Assembly: GCA_963700285.1 (NCBI GenBank)
Contig: CAVOXA010000015.1
Span: 160,001 to 224,000, forward strand
Source: an uncultured Chloroflexia bacterium
GTDB taxonomy: Bacteria; Chloroflexota; Anaerolineae; JAAYZQ01
Direction of reading: 5' to 3'
Length of the DNA: 64,000 nucleotides
The translations under genes and the position numbers were made by a program. How positions within the stretch are numbered: position 1 is the first letter of the stretch; every line of letters starts with the position of its first letter. Positions 9,521 to 20,461 of this stretch are shown piece after piece. The notes under the pieces are model-generated. The model ran no database searches and had not been told where the DNA came from. It saw only the letters and a list, made by a program, of their open reading frames with translations.

Positions 9521-11194
9521 ATGGACCGCGATCAATTCATCAAAACCATGGCTGATGCCAAGTTGTACGACCTGACCCAGGGGTGCAGTATCTTTACGCC
9601 GCCCTGGCCTGGAGAGAAGGCGCTGGAAGTACACTTTTTCAAGCGCGTCACGGGTGCTTATGGCGGTGGGCTGGGTGCCAATGGCCAACTGCTCAATTGG
9701 AGCAACACGGTCGGCACTCACTTGGTGGGCGAAACCGCTTTTCATTCGAAGGGCAGGGCCATGGCGGACATCACCTTGGAAGATGTTTGTGGCCAGGGTG
9801 TTGTCGTAGACATCTCTGACGCGGTATCTGACTACAGTCTGTATACGCCCGAGATGGTCATGGAGCGGGCCACGGTCAAAAAGGGTGACATCCTCATCAT
9901 CAATACAGGCTACCATCGCTACTCTTGGGATCAACCGGATGTCCACAATCCAGAGGCCCAGGGTGGTGTCGAGTCCAAGGAATTCGGCTTCCTCGTGCGC
10001 CATCCGGGCCCCTCGCCTGACTTTTTCAAGTGGGCGCTGGAAATGGAGCTCAAAGTAGTAGGCGTGGATTGTGGGTGTGTTGAACATCCCATGAATACTG
10101 CCATCCGCTACATGCATGCGAACGAGTTCCAAAAGGCCGAAGCGAAACTGGTGCGTGACCATGGCAAGACGTGGGACGAGATGTTCCCTCCCGAGGAGTA
10201 CTATGAGCTGACTCACGTCACCATGCCCAAGGCTCACCTGCTCCTGGCAGAATCGATCGTGGGCGACATCCAAAAGTTGAACAATCAACGGGCCTGGATC
10301 ATGATCCCACCCATTCCCTACATGGAGGTCGAGACCTCGTGGTCCCGTGCTTGTGCCCTCCAGGCACCTGAGGGCATGGACGAAGAAGAATTCTTCCAGG
10401 TCATGGATTCGGCCGAGATGCTGGATCTCACAGTACCCTTTAGCGTCCAGACACCCCAGTGGGCCAACTATGTGCCACTCACCGTCACCTATACCAAGCG
10501 GGTTGGTGGGCAGAACTTTGGTATGGGCCGTAATGGCTCCATTTGCAATGCCAGCATCCACTTGGGCACCCACATGGATGGAGAAAAGCACTTTTGGCCG
10601 GCTGGCCGGACCATTGGCGAGGTCCCCCTGGAGGAATGGGTTGGTCCTGGCGTGATCGCTGATATTTCGCAACTGGTCAGCGACGCTAGTGTGTACACTC
10701 CCGGGATGATCGAAAGCGTGGTCGACGTCCGCGAGGGTGACATCCTCATCATCAAGACCGGCTGGAGCAAGTATGGCTGGTACAGCCCCGATTCGGACGA
10801 GTTCCGCTACATGATCAAGCACCCCGGCCCCTCTCCTGATTTTTCGGAATGGTGCGTGGGCAAAAAGATAAAGTGGCTTGGTGTTGATGCCGTCAGTCAG
10901 GATCATCCAATGAACACCATCCAGCGCGTCTGGCATCCCAAGACTTTTGAAGAGGCCAACCGCAAACTGATTCAAGATTTCGGCAAGGATTGGGACGAGA
11001 TGTTCCCGCTGGACCACTACTACCAGGATACACATCTGAACCTCTTCCCCGAAAAGATCGTCCACGCTGAAAATCTGGGGGGCGACATTGGAACCACGCC
11101 CAGCGGCCGGTACTATATTGGCTGCTACTTGCAGAAAGGGATGGAGATTGCCTCCATGTGGGGGCGCTTTATTGCCTTCAAAGAAAAGGAATAG
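9521..11194 (+). CDS. Tandem two-domain cyclase-family (kynurenine formamidase-like) metal amidohydrolase
   Basis: Two internally homologous halves, each with GDILII and HPGP; HLGTHMD in the second half; GGAGGG RBS before ATG 9521. Confidence 0.88.
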   Translation: MDRDQFIKTMADAKLYDLTQGCSIFTPPWPGEKALEVHFFKRVTGAYGGGLGANGQLLNWSNTVGTHLVGETAFHSKGRAMADITLEDVCGQGVVVDISDAVSDYSLYTPEMVMERATVKKGDILIINTGYHRYSWDQPDVHNPEAQGGVESKEFGFLVRHPGPSPDFFKWALEMELKVVGVDCGCVEHPMNTAIRYMHANEFQKAEAKLVRDHGKTWDEMFPPEEYYELTHVTMPKAHLLLAESIVGDIQKLNNQRAWIMIPPIPYMEVETSWSRACALQAPEGMDEEEFFQVMDSAEMLDLTVPFSVQTPQWANYVPLTVTYTKRVGGQNFGMGRNGSICNASIHLGTHMDGEKHFWPAGRTIGEVPLEEWVGPGVIADISQLVSDASVYTPGMIESVVDVREGDILIIKTGWSKYGWYSPDSDEFRYMIKHPGPSPDFSEWCVGKKIKWLGVDAVSQDHPMNTIQRVWHPKTFEEANRKLIQDFGKDWDEMFPLDHYYQDTHLNLFPEKIVHAENLGGDIGTTPSGRYYIGCYLQKGMEIASMWGRFIAFKEKE

Positions 11195-11217
11195 AAATTG
11201 GATAGTGGAGGAACTCT

Positions 11218-12096
11218 ATGAAACCGGCTCCTTTCAAATACTATGCACCGGCCACGGTTGAAGAGGCCCTGGCGCGACTGTCCGAACATGGCTGGGATGC
11301 CAAGGTGCTGGCCGGCGGACAGAGTCTGATTCCGATGATGAACTTTCGCCTGGCTCAGCCGGCTGTTCTCGTCGACTTGAACAATATCCCTGAACTGTCT
11401 TACGTCCGCCCTCTCAGAGATGGCGGCTTGCTCGTGGGGGCCATGACCCGCCAGCAGCAGCTAGAACGCGATCCATTGGTCGCCGAGCGAGCACCCATGA
11501 TCCACGCCGCGATGCCAAAAATCGCCTACTCCCAGATCCGCAGTCGAGGTACCATCGGCGGCAGCATTGCCCATGCCGACCCCTCAGCCGAACTGGTGGC
11601 GGCCAGCGTGGCCCTCAAGGGACGCTTTCGGCTCCGTCGAGGGGCCACGGAGCGCTGGGTGCCGGCCAATGAGTTCTTTGTCGGGCTCTTTACGACAGTT
11701 TTGGAACCGGACGAGCTGCTGTTGGAGGTAGCATTGCCACCTATGCCCAAGCGCACTGGATGGTCTTTCCTGGAAGTGGCCCGGCGCCACCACGATTTCG
11801 CTCTGGTGGGGGCTGCTGCCGTCGTGACCCTAGACAGGAAGGGACAATGCGAGGAGACCCGCCTGGTATACTTTAGCGTCGGCGATGGTCCCGTGGAGGC
11901 GCACCAGGCGGCAGACGTACTGAGAGGTCAAGAACCCACTCCGAAGATTATCCAGGTGGCCGCTGAGACTGCTGGTGACGCTGATCTCGATCCCAACAGT
12001 GACATTAACGCCTCGGCCGAATATCGCCGGCACCTGGCCAAGGTTCTGGGCCGGCGCGCTCTCACAGAAGCTTTTGAGCGAGTCAGTCAGGGTTAG
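11218..12096 (+). CDS. Molybdenum hydroxylase FAD-binding subunit (CoxM/XdhB family)
   Basis: MKPAPFKY, LAGGQSL, IRSRGTIGGS, HADPSAE. Confidence 0.92.
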   Translation: MKPAPFKYYAPATVEEALARLSEHGWDAKVLAGGQSLIPMMNFRLAQPAVLVDLNNIPELSYVRPLRDGGLLVGAMTRQQQLERDPLVAERAPMIHAAMPKIAYSQIRSRGTIGGSIAHADPSAELVAASVALKGRFRLRRGATERWVPANEFFVGLFTTVLEPDELLLEVALPPMPKRTGWSFLEVARRHHDFALVGAAAVVTLDRKGQCEETRLVYFSVGDGPVEAHQAADVLRGQEPTPKIIQVAAETAGDADLDPNSDINASAEYRRHLAKVLGRRALTEAFERVSQG

Positions 12097-12160
12097 ATAT
12101 GGGCCTGACAGGGCGGATGCTGCACATCCGTCGACAAGCGCGTCGGGTTTGGAGGTTAGA

Positions 12161-12638
12161 ATGAGCGATCTGACGACTGTTTCCATTGACGTAAACGGCA
12201 CCTTCTATGAACGCGCGGTCGAGCCACGCCTGTCTGCTCAGCGATTTCCTGCGCCACGAACTGGGTCTGACCGGCACGCATGTCGGTTGCGAGCATGGGG
12301 TATGTGGCGCTTGTACCGTGTTGTTCGATGGTCAACCGGTCCGCTCCTGTTTGATGTTCGCTGTGCAGGCCAATGGCCATCAGGTCACGACTGTCGAAGG
12401 GCTGGGTACCCCGGAAAACTTGCACCCCATTCAGGAGGCATTCCGGGAAAGCCATGGCGCACAATGTGGCTTCTGTACGCCAGGCTTTCTGCTGACCCTG
12501 GTACCCTTTCTGGAGGACAATCCTGATCCCACCGAGCAAGAGATCCGCGAGGCATTAGCCGGGAACCTCTGCCGTTGTACCGGCTACCAGCACATTGTTG
12601 ATGCCGTCCAACTCGCAGCACAAAAGATGAGGGCATGA
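12161..12638 (+). CDS. (2Fe-2S) subunit (CoxS family), apparent +1 frameshift near 12232
   Basis: GCEHGVCGAC, QCGFCTPG, NLCRCTGY. The N-terminus MSDLTTVSIDVNG...EPRL lies in another frame after a GGAGG RBS. Confidence 0.88.
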
Positions 12639-12743
12639 TACGTGATATGCGACGTGTGATGTATTCCAACTATCCATCCTCATGGTTGGTGCGTCCTGTA
12701 CCTCACGAGTCACGCATCGCGGTGCACATATAGGAGTCGAACC

Positions 12744-15086
12744 GTGACGAAAAAGTACGTTGGCCAGCGCATGACCCGAACCGAAGATCCAAAGCTCCTA
12801 ACCGGGCAAGCCCTGTTTGTGGACGATGTCCAAGTGCCTGGGATGTTGCACGCGGCTTTCTTGCGCAGTGACTATGCCCATGCCCGCCTGAAGAGCCTGG
12901 ACGTGGCCGCTGCACGGGAGCGTCCTGGTGTGGTGGCTGTCTTTACTGCTGAGGATATGGGCGCCGCTTGGCGACCCAGTCCTCCTAACGTGTCACCTCC
13001 ACCTGGCATGCCGGGCGTTACCTTTTTTTCACGCACGCCGGTGCCCCTCGTGAAGGACAAGGTCAGGCACGCAGGAGAGGCGCTGGCTTTGGTTATCGCT
13101 GAGAGCCGCTACATTGCTGAGGATGCTGTCGAAGACATTTGGGCCGACCTGGAGCCACTGGGTGCTGTGGTGGACCTGGAAACGGCCCTGGATCCCGGCG
13201 CGACCCTCGTCCACGAAGACTTGGAATCCAACTTGGCCGCCCACCTCATCCAGGAGAAGGGGGACTATGAGGCGGCTCGGAAGCAGGCTGACGTGGTCGT
13301 CAAGCGACGTATCACCATCGACCGCGGTGCGGCTGGGGCCATGGAGAACAGGGGCATCGTTGCCCACTGGGAGCCAAAGAGTGAGCACCTGACGTTGTGG
13401 GATACAACCCAGGCTCCCATCCCCATCCGCAACGGTCTGGCAGCACTGTTTGGCCTGGCGGCACCCCAGGTACGGGTCATCGCTCCCTTTGTCGGCGGTG
13501 GTTTTGGGCCCAAGATCATGTTGTACTATCCCGAGGAAGTCGTCCTCACCTGGGCGACGATGCAATTGGGCAAACCCATCAAGTGGATCGAAGATCGCCG
13601 GGAGAACTTTTTCGCTACCACTCAGGAACGCGGCCAGGTCCACTATGCCGAGATAGCGGTCACCAAAGAAGGGCGCGTATTGGGGATTCGCCATGACTTT
13701 GTTCACGACACGGGTGCCTACAACCCCTATGGCTTGACGATTCCCCTCAATACACAAAGTCATTCCATGGGCGCCTATGACATCGCCAACTACTATTCCG
13801 AGCTCAAGGTTGTCTTTACCAACAAGACAATTGTCACGCCGGTACGCGGAGCTGGACGGCCACAGGGCATCTTTCTGGCGGAGCGATTGATGGACCTTGC
13901 TGCCAAAGAACTGGGTATGGACAGGCTCGAGATCCGGAAAAAGAACCTCATCCCACCTGACGCCTTCCCCTACGAGCACAAGATCATTGACCAGGCATTT
14001 GCTCCGCTGATGTATGACAGCGGGAACTATGCAGCCACGCTGGAAAAAGCAGCCGCCATGATCGGCTACGAAAAGTTCCTGCAAGAGGAGCAACCTCGAC
14101 TCCGGGCCGAGGGTAAGCACGTAGGTCTCGGCATTGTGCCCTTTGTCGAAACGTCGGGCGTTGGGCCCTACGAGGGTGCCCGGGTCACCGTCGAGACCGA
14201 TGGCCGGGTGAGCGTTGCCACGGGGGTTGGTACGCAGGGACAGGGCCACTTTACCTCTTTTGCCCAGATCGTAGGCGACCAACTGGGTGTGAGCCCGCGC
14301 AAGGTGCGCGTGGTGACGGGTGATACGTCCGAATTCCACTGGGGAACAGGTACCTTTGCCTGTCGGGGCGCTGTCGTCGCAGGCAATGCCATCAACGCAG
14401 CGGCGTTGTCAGTCCGGAAAAAGGTCCTTGCCCACGCCAGCAAGGTGCTGGAAACACCCGAGGAGGAGCTAGAGTTGGTGGATGGCCTGGTCCGAGTGGC
14501 TGATCTGCCGCAGCAGTCAATCAGTCTGGGTGAACTGGCAGCGATGGCCAATCCGCTGCGGGGTGCGGTTGAGCCAGGAACCGAGCCTGGCCTGGAGGCT
14601 ACTGACTACTTTGGCCCCCGCTATGGCGCTGTGGCCAACGGCGCCCACGCCCTGATTCTCGAGGTCGATCCAGAGACGATGATGATCGAGATTAAGCGCT
14701 ATGTGACTGTCGAGGATTGTGGTACGATACTGAATCCCCTGATCGTGGACGGCCAGATCCATGGCGGTGTGGCCCTGGGCATAGCCAACTCTTATTACGA
14801 GCAGCTCATCTATGATGACAACGGGCAGCTTCTCAACGCCTCGCTGGCTGATTATCTGATCCCCACGGCTACTGAGATCCCGAGGATCGAGATCGGGCAC
14901 GAGAATACGCCCACGCCGCTCAACCCCATTGGCAACAAAGGTGTTGGTGAAGGCGGCGCTATCCCCGTGCCGTCCGCATTTGCCCAAGCCATTGAGGACG
15001 CACTGGCCGACTATGGCTTGGAAGTGCTTGAGATGCCGTTAAGTCCCAATCGGCTGTTCGAATTGCTCTATCAACGTGATGCGTAA
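12744..15086 (+). CDS. Molybdopterin-binding large subunit (CoxL form II-like / XDH family)
   Basis: VGGGFGPK, PVRGAGRPQ, QGQGH, GQIHGG, KGVGEG. Confidence 0.92.
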   Translation: MTKKYVGQRMTRTEDPKLLTGQALFVDDVQVPGMLHAAFLRSDYAHARLKSLDVAAARERPGVVAVFTAEDMGAAWRPSPPNVSPPPGMPGVTFFSRTPVPLVKDKVRHAGEALALVIAESRYIAEDAVEDIWADLEPLGAVVDLETALDPGATLVHEDLESNLAAHLIQEKGDYEAARKQADVVVKRRITIDRGAAGAMENRGIVAHWEPKSEHLTLWDTTQAPIPIRNGLAALFGLAAPQVRVIAPFVGGGFGPKIMLYYPEEVVLTWATMQLGKPIKWIEDRRENFFATTQERGQVHYAEIAVTKEGRVLGIRHDFVHDTGAYNPYGLTIPLNTQSHSMGAYDIANYYSELKVVFTNKTIVTPVRGAGRPQGIFLAERLMDLAAKELGMDRLEIRKKNLIPPDAFPYEHKIIDQAFAPLMYDSGNYAATLEKAAAMIGYEKFLQEEQPRLRAEGKHVGLGIVPFVETSGVGPYEGARVTVETDGRVSVATGVGTQGQGHFTSFAQIVGDQLGVSPRKVRVVTGDTSEFHWGTGTFACRGAVVAGNAINAAALSVRKKVLAHASKVLETPEEELELVDGLVRVADLPQQSISLGELAAMANPLRGAVEPGTEPGLEATDYFGPRYGAVANGAHALILEVDPETMMIEIKRYVTVEDCGTILNPLIVDGQIHGGVALGIANSYYEQLIYDDNGQLLNASLADYLIPTATEIPRIEIGHENTPTPLNPIGNKGVGEGGAIPVPSAFAQAIEDALADYGLEVLEMPLSPNRLFELLYQRDA

Positions 15087-15159
15087 GATGTGAGGCACGT
15101 GGGTGATGGCCGGCTGCCCGCGTGACGTCACACAATTGGACATGGGAGGACAGATTGCT

Positions 15160-15822
15160 ATGAAGCTGGATGGTGAGTATGTCTTTGACGGCCCACGAGA
15201 GGCCGTTTGGGAGTTGGTGCGAGACCCGGAAGTGTTGGTCACCGCGCTGCCCGGTACTCAAAGCCTGGAACAGGTCGGCGAGAACGAGTACGTGGGCAAG
15301 ATGCATGTCCGGATCGGGCCGGTGTCCGGTGTCTTTGATGGCAAGATTGTTGTCTCGGATGAGGTGCCGCCCGAGAGCTATACCTTGGCGGTGGATGGCC
15401 GGGGTGCACCTGGCTTTGCCAATGGAACAGGGCATGTGCAATTGTTCGAGCGGGATGATGGTAAAACCCTCATGCAATACGAGGGCGACATGCAGGTTGG
15501 CGGCCGGCTTGCCAATGTCGGCCAGCGGTTGATCGACTCTGCCAGCAAGAGTATGATCCAGCAAGGGCTGGAATCGCTGAACAATGCCCTGCAGGCTCGC
15601 ATGGTGGCCGAGGCCGAGGGCACGGATGTTGAATACGTGCCGCCCACCGAAGCCGAGTTCGCCGCGGCTGTGGCCAAAGATATGGCTGGCGAGATGATGC
15701 CATCCCCTCGGGTGATAGGTATCATCGTTGCCGCGGTCGTTGCCATCCTCATCGCTATGGTGTGGCTGGGTACCAGAAAGAGGACCGAATGGGAATCACT
15801 GAGTGATGGGCTCACTGAGTGA
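15160..15822 (+). CDS. coxG: CoxG/SRPBCC-family protein with C-terminal membrane anchor
   Basis: PREAVW..DPEVL..LPG, VGGRLANVGQRLI; C-terminal hydrophobic helix. Confidence 0.85.
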   Translation: MKLDGEYVFDGPREAVWELVRDPEVLVTALPGTQSLEQVGENEYVGKMHVRIGPVSGVFDGKIVVSDEVPPESYTLAVDGRGAPGFANGTGHVQLFERDDGKTLMQYEGDMQVGGRLANVGQRLIDSASKSMIQQGLESLNNALQARMVAEAEGTDVEYVPPTEAEFAAAVAKDMAGEMMPSPRVIGIIVAAVVAILIAMVWLGTRKRTEWESLSDGLTE

Positions 15823-16079
15823 AGGCGCAACCAGAGGTGGCGAGGTCACTTTGGCGGATCGCCGCAGCGGACTCGGAAAGGACTGGCGGAACGATAGCAT
15901 AGGTATCGATCGGTTTCGCGCTCAGCCCGCTGCGGGGCTCTGAAAGGGGGAGTGCTTATCGCCAACTGGGTCGTACCGAGGCTGAATCGGAGATGTGATC
16001 TGGCTTGCTATGACGGTTGATGGTAGCCGGCTCGCAAAATCTCTGTTGTCGCGAAATCAGCGTAAATTTCCACGTAAGG

Positions 16080-16108
16080 TTGACAAGCTGCCCATGATTG
16101 TGTACAAT
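16080..16108 (+). promoter_or_regulatory. sigma70-type promoter of the ABC transporter operon
   Basis: TTGACA-17 bp-TACAAT. Confidence 0.7.
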
Positions 16109-16216
16109 TGAAAGTGTTTCAGACCAAGGGCGACACTGACTTCAGCAACAGCGAGACTCCGGCAATAGATTTCCGTATCTGTAAGCCGATCCCGAAAGCC
16201 AGACAGAGAGGAGGAC

Positions 16217-17501
16217 ATGGCAATGACTATCAAATTCTTTGGCAAGCAGGGCATTACAGTACTCAGGGTGGTCGTGATCTCTCTGATGTTGGTTGCGGTG
16301 GCGATAGGATTGACCATGTGTTCGCCATCACAGCCGGCTGATGAGGCTCCTGAAGGCGAAAAGGAGAAGGCCACGCTGGCCATTGAGCATTTCAGCATCA
16401 TCGAAGGGACGACCTGGTCTGGAGCCCACGATCGTGCAGGGAAGCGTATCGCTGAGAAATACCCAAACGTGGACTATGTTTACAGAGAGGAAGTGGGACC
16501 TGACGCCGCAGTTCCCTATGCAGAAGAGTTGATCGCTGACGGGGCCAGCGTGGTCGTCGGAAACGCAGAGTTCATGGGGTTGCCCTTGGCGGATATTGCT
16601 GACAAGTACCCCGATGTCTACTTTGTGTCCATCATTGCCAGCGATCTCACGACAAAGAGGAACTTTATCAGGCTGTTTCCCCGGCAATATCAGGCTCTCT
16701 ACCTCGAAGGGCTTATTGCTGGGGCGCTGACCGAGACAGGCAACATAGGGATTGTCTCAGCATTCCCATCTGGGCAGGTTGCCAGGCGGCAGAATGGCTT
16801 CTACCTTGGGGTGCAGGATGCGGCAGAAATGCTTGGCAAGGACATCACCGTGTACGTCAAGTACGTCGGTGACTGGTACCTGCCCGCGGAAGAGCGGGAC
16901 ATTGCCAAGACCTTGGTGAGCCAGTATAACGTCGATGTCTTGACTCAGCAGACCGATTCTGGATCTCCACTGGACGTCGCCCAAGAGGAGGGCATTTGGT
17001 TCATTGGGAAGGACATGGACATCGTCGGCTTTTACGGCTGGTCGGATACTAACACTGTCGCTGTGTCCTTTGACACGCGATGGGAAGTCCTCTACGAGAA
17101 GGTCGTACAAGACTGGCTGGCCGGCGAACAGAATCCGGAAACGGTCCTGTATCTGGGCATGGACGACACAATGACGCTGGCTGACGGTACAGTGGTCCCA
17201 ACCGTCGATATCATGAACGACAACAAGGTAGGTATCGACGCCATAAGCCCAGCCGCACGGCCCATGATTCCGGACGAGATCGTTGATCTCGTCGAGAAAA
17301 GGCGAGATCAGATGCTAAAGGGCGAGTGGGATCCCTTTGAGGAGCACGCGTTTGTGAGCAATGGGACTGGTTTTGCTCTGGAGAACCTGCCGATTCCCGC
17401 CTGCGGGGACTGAGGTCAAGCCAGCCGGTGAGATGCCGACGAGCGAGTGGCTGCTTGCCGAGTTCAACTTTGACCTGGAAGGCATGAAAATCCTGGAGTG
17501 A
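16217..17501 (+). CDS. BMP-family ABC transporter substrate-binding protein (frameshift near 17401)
   Basis: N-terminal signal/TM; WSGAHD, LEGLIAG, VGDWY, QQTDS. The C-terminal tail GTEVKPAGEMPTSEWLL..KILE* is in another frame and ends at 17501. Confidence 0.85.
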
Positions 17502-17553
17502 GGCAGCCTTTGGTGTCTCTTTTGCCCTTGCTGGTGTATGATAGTCTCTGCTA

Positions 17554-17617
17554 GCCAGGCGATATGAGGCTCCCGTCCCCAGGGGGAAACTCCCGGGGCG
17601 GGAGCCTCATGCCTGGC
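17554..17617 (+). terminator. Long stem-loop after the SBP gene (terminator or mRNA stabiliser)
   Basis: GCCAGGC..ATGAGGCTCCCG..GAAA loop..CGGGAGCCTCAT GCCTGGC; no clear U tract. Confidence 0.65.
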
Positions 17618-17791
17618 AACAGGTTCTTCTCAAGTCCTTCCGCTAGTATGATTCTTCTTGAACCAAGGTTTCATACCCATGTAGGTCCTTTTTCTCTGAT
17701 CGGCGAGATTCGGACCTGGCTCGGAGTATAGGGTGATCTTGATCGGAAAATCTCAACAAAAGAGACGGGTGTCATAATGCTCCTGGAAGGG

Positions 17792-19327
17792 ATGAAGCAC
17801 GGACGAGACGGTTCTGGAGGCGAGGGGAATCACAAAGAGATTCCCGGGAGTCGTCGCCAATGAGAATATCGATCTCGACATCAGAGCGGGTGAGATCCAC
17901 GCAGTCCTTGGGGAGAATGGCGCCGGCAAGACGACCCTGATGAATGTCCTGTTTGGGTTGCTGCAACCCGACGAAGGCGAGATCTATGTCGCTGGCAAGA
18001 GAGTCAAGTTCCGATCGCCTCTGGATGCCATCGACGCTCGGGATTGGGATGGTCCATCAGCACCGGAAGCTGGTAGCAGCTCATACGGTGATCGAGAACA
18101 TCATCCTCGGTCACCCCAGGGCCGGGAAAATCCTGAATCTAAAACGGGCGGAGCAGGAGGTGGAGGAACTCTGTGAGAGGTATGGGTTCAGCGTAGACCT
18201 CAGGGCAAAGGTCTGGCAGCTTGCCGAAGGCGAGAAGCAGATGGTGGAGATCCTAAAAACCCTCTATCGCGGCGCCAAGATCCTTATCCTGGATGAGCCA
18301 ACATCGGCCCTGACGCCCTACGAAACCGAGATGCTCTTGGCTTCCATCAATGCCATGGCCCAAGATGAGCTAGCCATGATCCCGTTTATCACGCACAAAC
18401 TGCCCATTGTGCTGGCAATCAGCGAAAGGGTAACCGTCCTGAGGCGCGGGAAGGTCACGGCTCGCCTGAAGACGGGGAGCGCAACGGAGCAGAGCCTGGC
18501 CCGGGAGATGGTGGGACGTGAAGTCATTTTCCGGATCGAGCGGACAGAGGTAGAGGCGGGCGATCCCATCCTCCGGGTAAAAGATCTGTCCACCCGCAGC
18601 GACAGGGGTTTTCTGGCCCTAGAAGATGTTTCGTTCTCCATTCGTGAGGGCGAGATCTTTGGGATTGCGGGTGTCTCGGGCAATGGTCAACAGGAGTTGG
18701 CTGAGGTTCTTGCAGGTCTTCGAAAACCGGAGGGGGGCGAGGTCACTCTGGGAGGCAAAGACATCACCCAGTCTTCCAGCCTGGAAAGATGGAGGCTTGG
18801 TGTGGGATACATCCCATCTGAGCGCATCGACTGTGGGTTCCATCGCTGCTTTCTCCCTGGTGGAGAATATCGCGATGAACTATTACTTTGATGGTGACTA
18901 TACCCGGCGAGGTCTTGTAGACTATGGGAGCATACGCAAGCTCACCGAAGAGATTGTCTCTGAGTACAGCGTGGCCACCCCAACCACAGAAACAAAAGCC
19001 AAGAACCTCTCCGGAGGGAATCTCCAGAAGCTTATCCTGGGACGTGTGCTCTCCCGCCGACCTCGCTTGTTGATCGCCAGTCTGCCGACCCAGGGCCTGG
19101 ATGTCGGGGCGACAGAGTTCGTTCGGAATAAGCTCATAGAGGCCAAGATGGAAAAAGCTGGTATTCTGCTGATCTCCGAGGACCTCGATGAGGTCCTGTC
19201 GTTGAGCGATTGGGTGGCTCCGATTTACGAAGGAAAGTTCATGGGCATCATTCCGGGAGAGACGGCCCAACGGGAGAACATCGGGGCTATGATGGCGGGC
19301 TTGCAGTTGAAGGGACAGGAGACATGA
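17792..19327 (+). CDS. Sugar/nucleoside (CUT2-type) ABC ATPase with two ABC domains; frameshifts near 17795, 18038 and 18832
   Basis: [29 protein letters not shown] and ISEDLDE distributed over different frames. Confidence 0.88.
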
Positions 19328-19333
19328 GGATCG

Positions 19334-20461
19334 GTGCCTACTGAACTCAAGCTCGAGAAGCGGCTGGCTCTCACCGGCTGGAACGCAGCCGTGATTTCGT
19401 TCTTCGCCATAGTCTTGGCCCTCGTGCTATTTGGCCTGATCTTCATGCTGGCAGGGATCAACCCGTTGATTGCCTATCAGGAGATCTTTTCCTATCGCAT
19501 TTGCCAACGCTTTTGGCCTGCCGCTGACGATCAACCGTTTCATGTTCCTGTTGCTGTGTACCTGTGCATTTATCATCCCTTTCAGAGCCGGGCTCTGGAA
19601 TATCGGGATGACTGGGCAGCTCTACGGTGGTGCATTGGGAGCATTTGCCGTTCTGTTTGCCTTTGGCGCCAGGCAGGCAAATAGCTTCAGCCTTTCCCCC
19701 ACCATCCTCATCCCCCTGATGCTGATCGCGGCAGCCCTGGGCGGTGCAGTGCTTGGAGCGATTGCCGGGTTTCTAAAGGGCAGGTTCGACATCAACGAGA
19801 TCGTGGTGACCATGATGTTGAACTTTATCATGTTCTGGTTGGTGGCATTCATGATCAAAGAAGGGGGCCCTTTCATGAATCCCGGCGGGAGGGGTGAAAG
19901 CTTTGAGTTGCCCCCTTCTGCGTACGCGCCGTTGATCGTGAATATCCCTTTCACGGTCTTTCTCGCACTCGGGCTTGCCGTGTTGTTGTACTTTGTGTTT
20001 GCCAGGACCAAGATCGGGTATCAGATCAAGGCTTACGGTCACAGCCCGGCCGCGGCCAGATACGCTGGAATTAGTTCAATCAGGATACCACTCCTGGTCT
20101 TTGTTCTGGGCGGTGCTCTGGCTGGCCTGGCTGGGTATCACTATTTCGCTGCGGTTCCCGGCGTCTACAAGATCGCCAGAAACTATGGGTTTTTTGGCGA
20201 TCTGGCTTTCTATGGGATCATCTGTGGACTTGATTTCCCTCGGCAACCCGCTGGCAGCGATTCCGGTGGCGCTGCTTTTCGGAGGGCTTGTCCATAGGCG
20301 GCAGGTTCGCTCAAGGGAAACTCAACATGGGCTTTGGCGTGGATTATGCCCTGCTCGGCGTCTTGATGATTACACTCGTCGCCTTTCAATTCTTTTACCG
20401 CTACAAGATTGTGCTGGGTAAAGACAGGGGAGAAGAGGCCGATGTGGGAGTTCATCGCTAG
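19334..20461 (+). CDS. ABC transporter permease 1 (frameshifts near 19496, 20228, 20292)
   Basis: AGLWNIGMTGQ, INEIVVTMMLN, AARYAGI; multiple TM segments. Confidence 0.85.

Noticed and set aside
9383-14339. Long antisense ORFs (560 aa at 9383..11065, 436 aa at 13029..14339)
   Set aside because: Shadows of GC-rich coding genes, with no recognisable motifs.
12744-15086. True aerobic CO dehydrogenase (form I coxL)
   Set aside because: The active-site loop is VRGAGR, not AYxCSFR, and there are no coxDEF genes.
16110-16216. Purine riboswitch upstream of the BMP gene
   Set aside because: The conserved UAUAAU/AUAUGG/GUUUCUACC/CCGUAAA core is not found.
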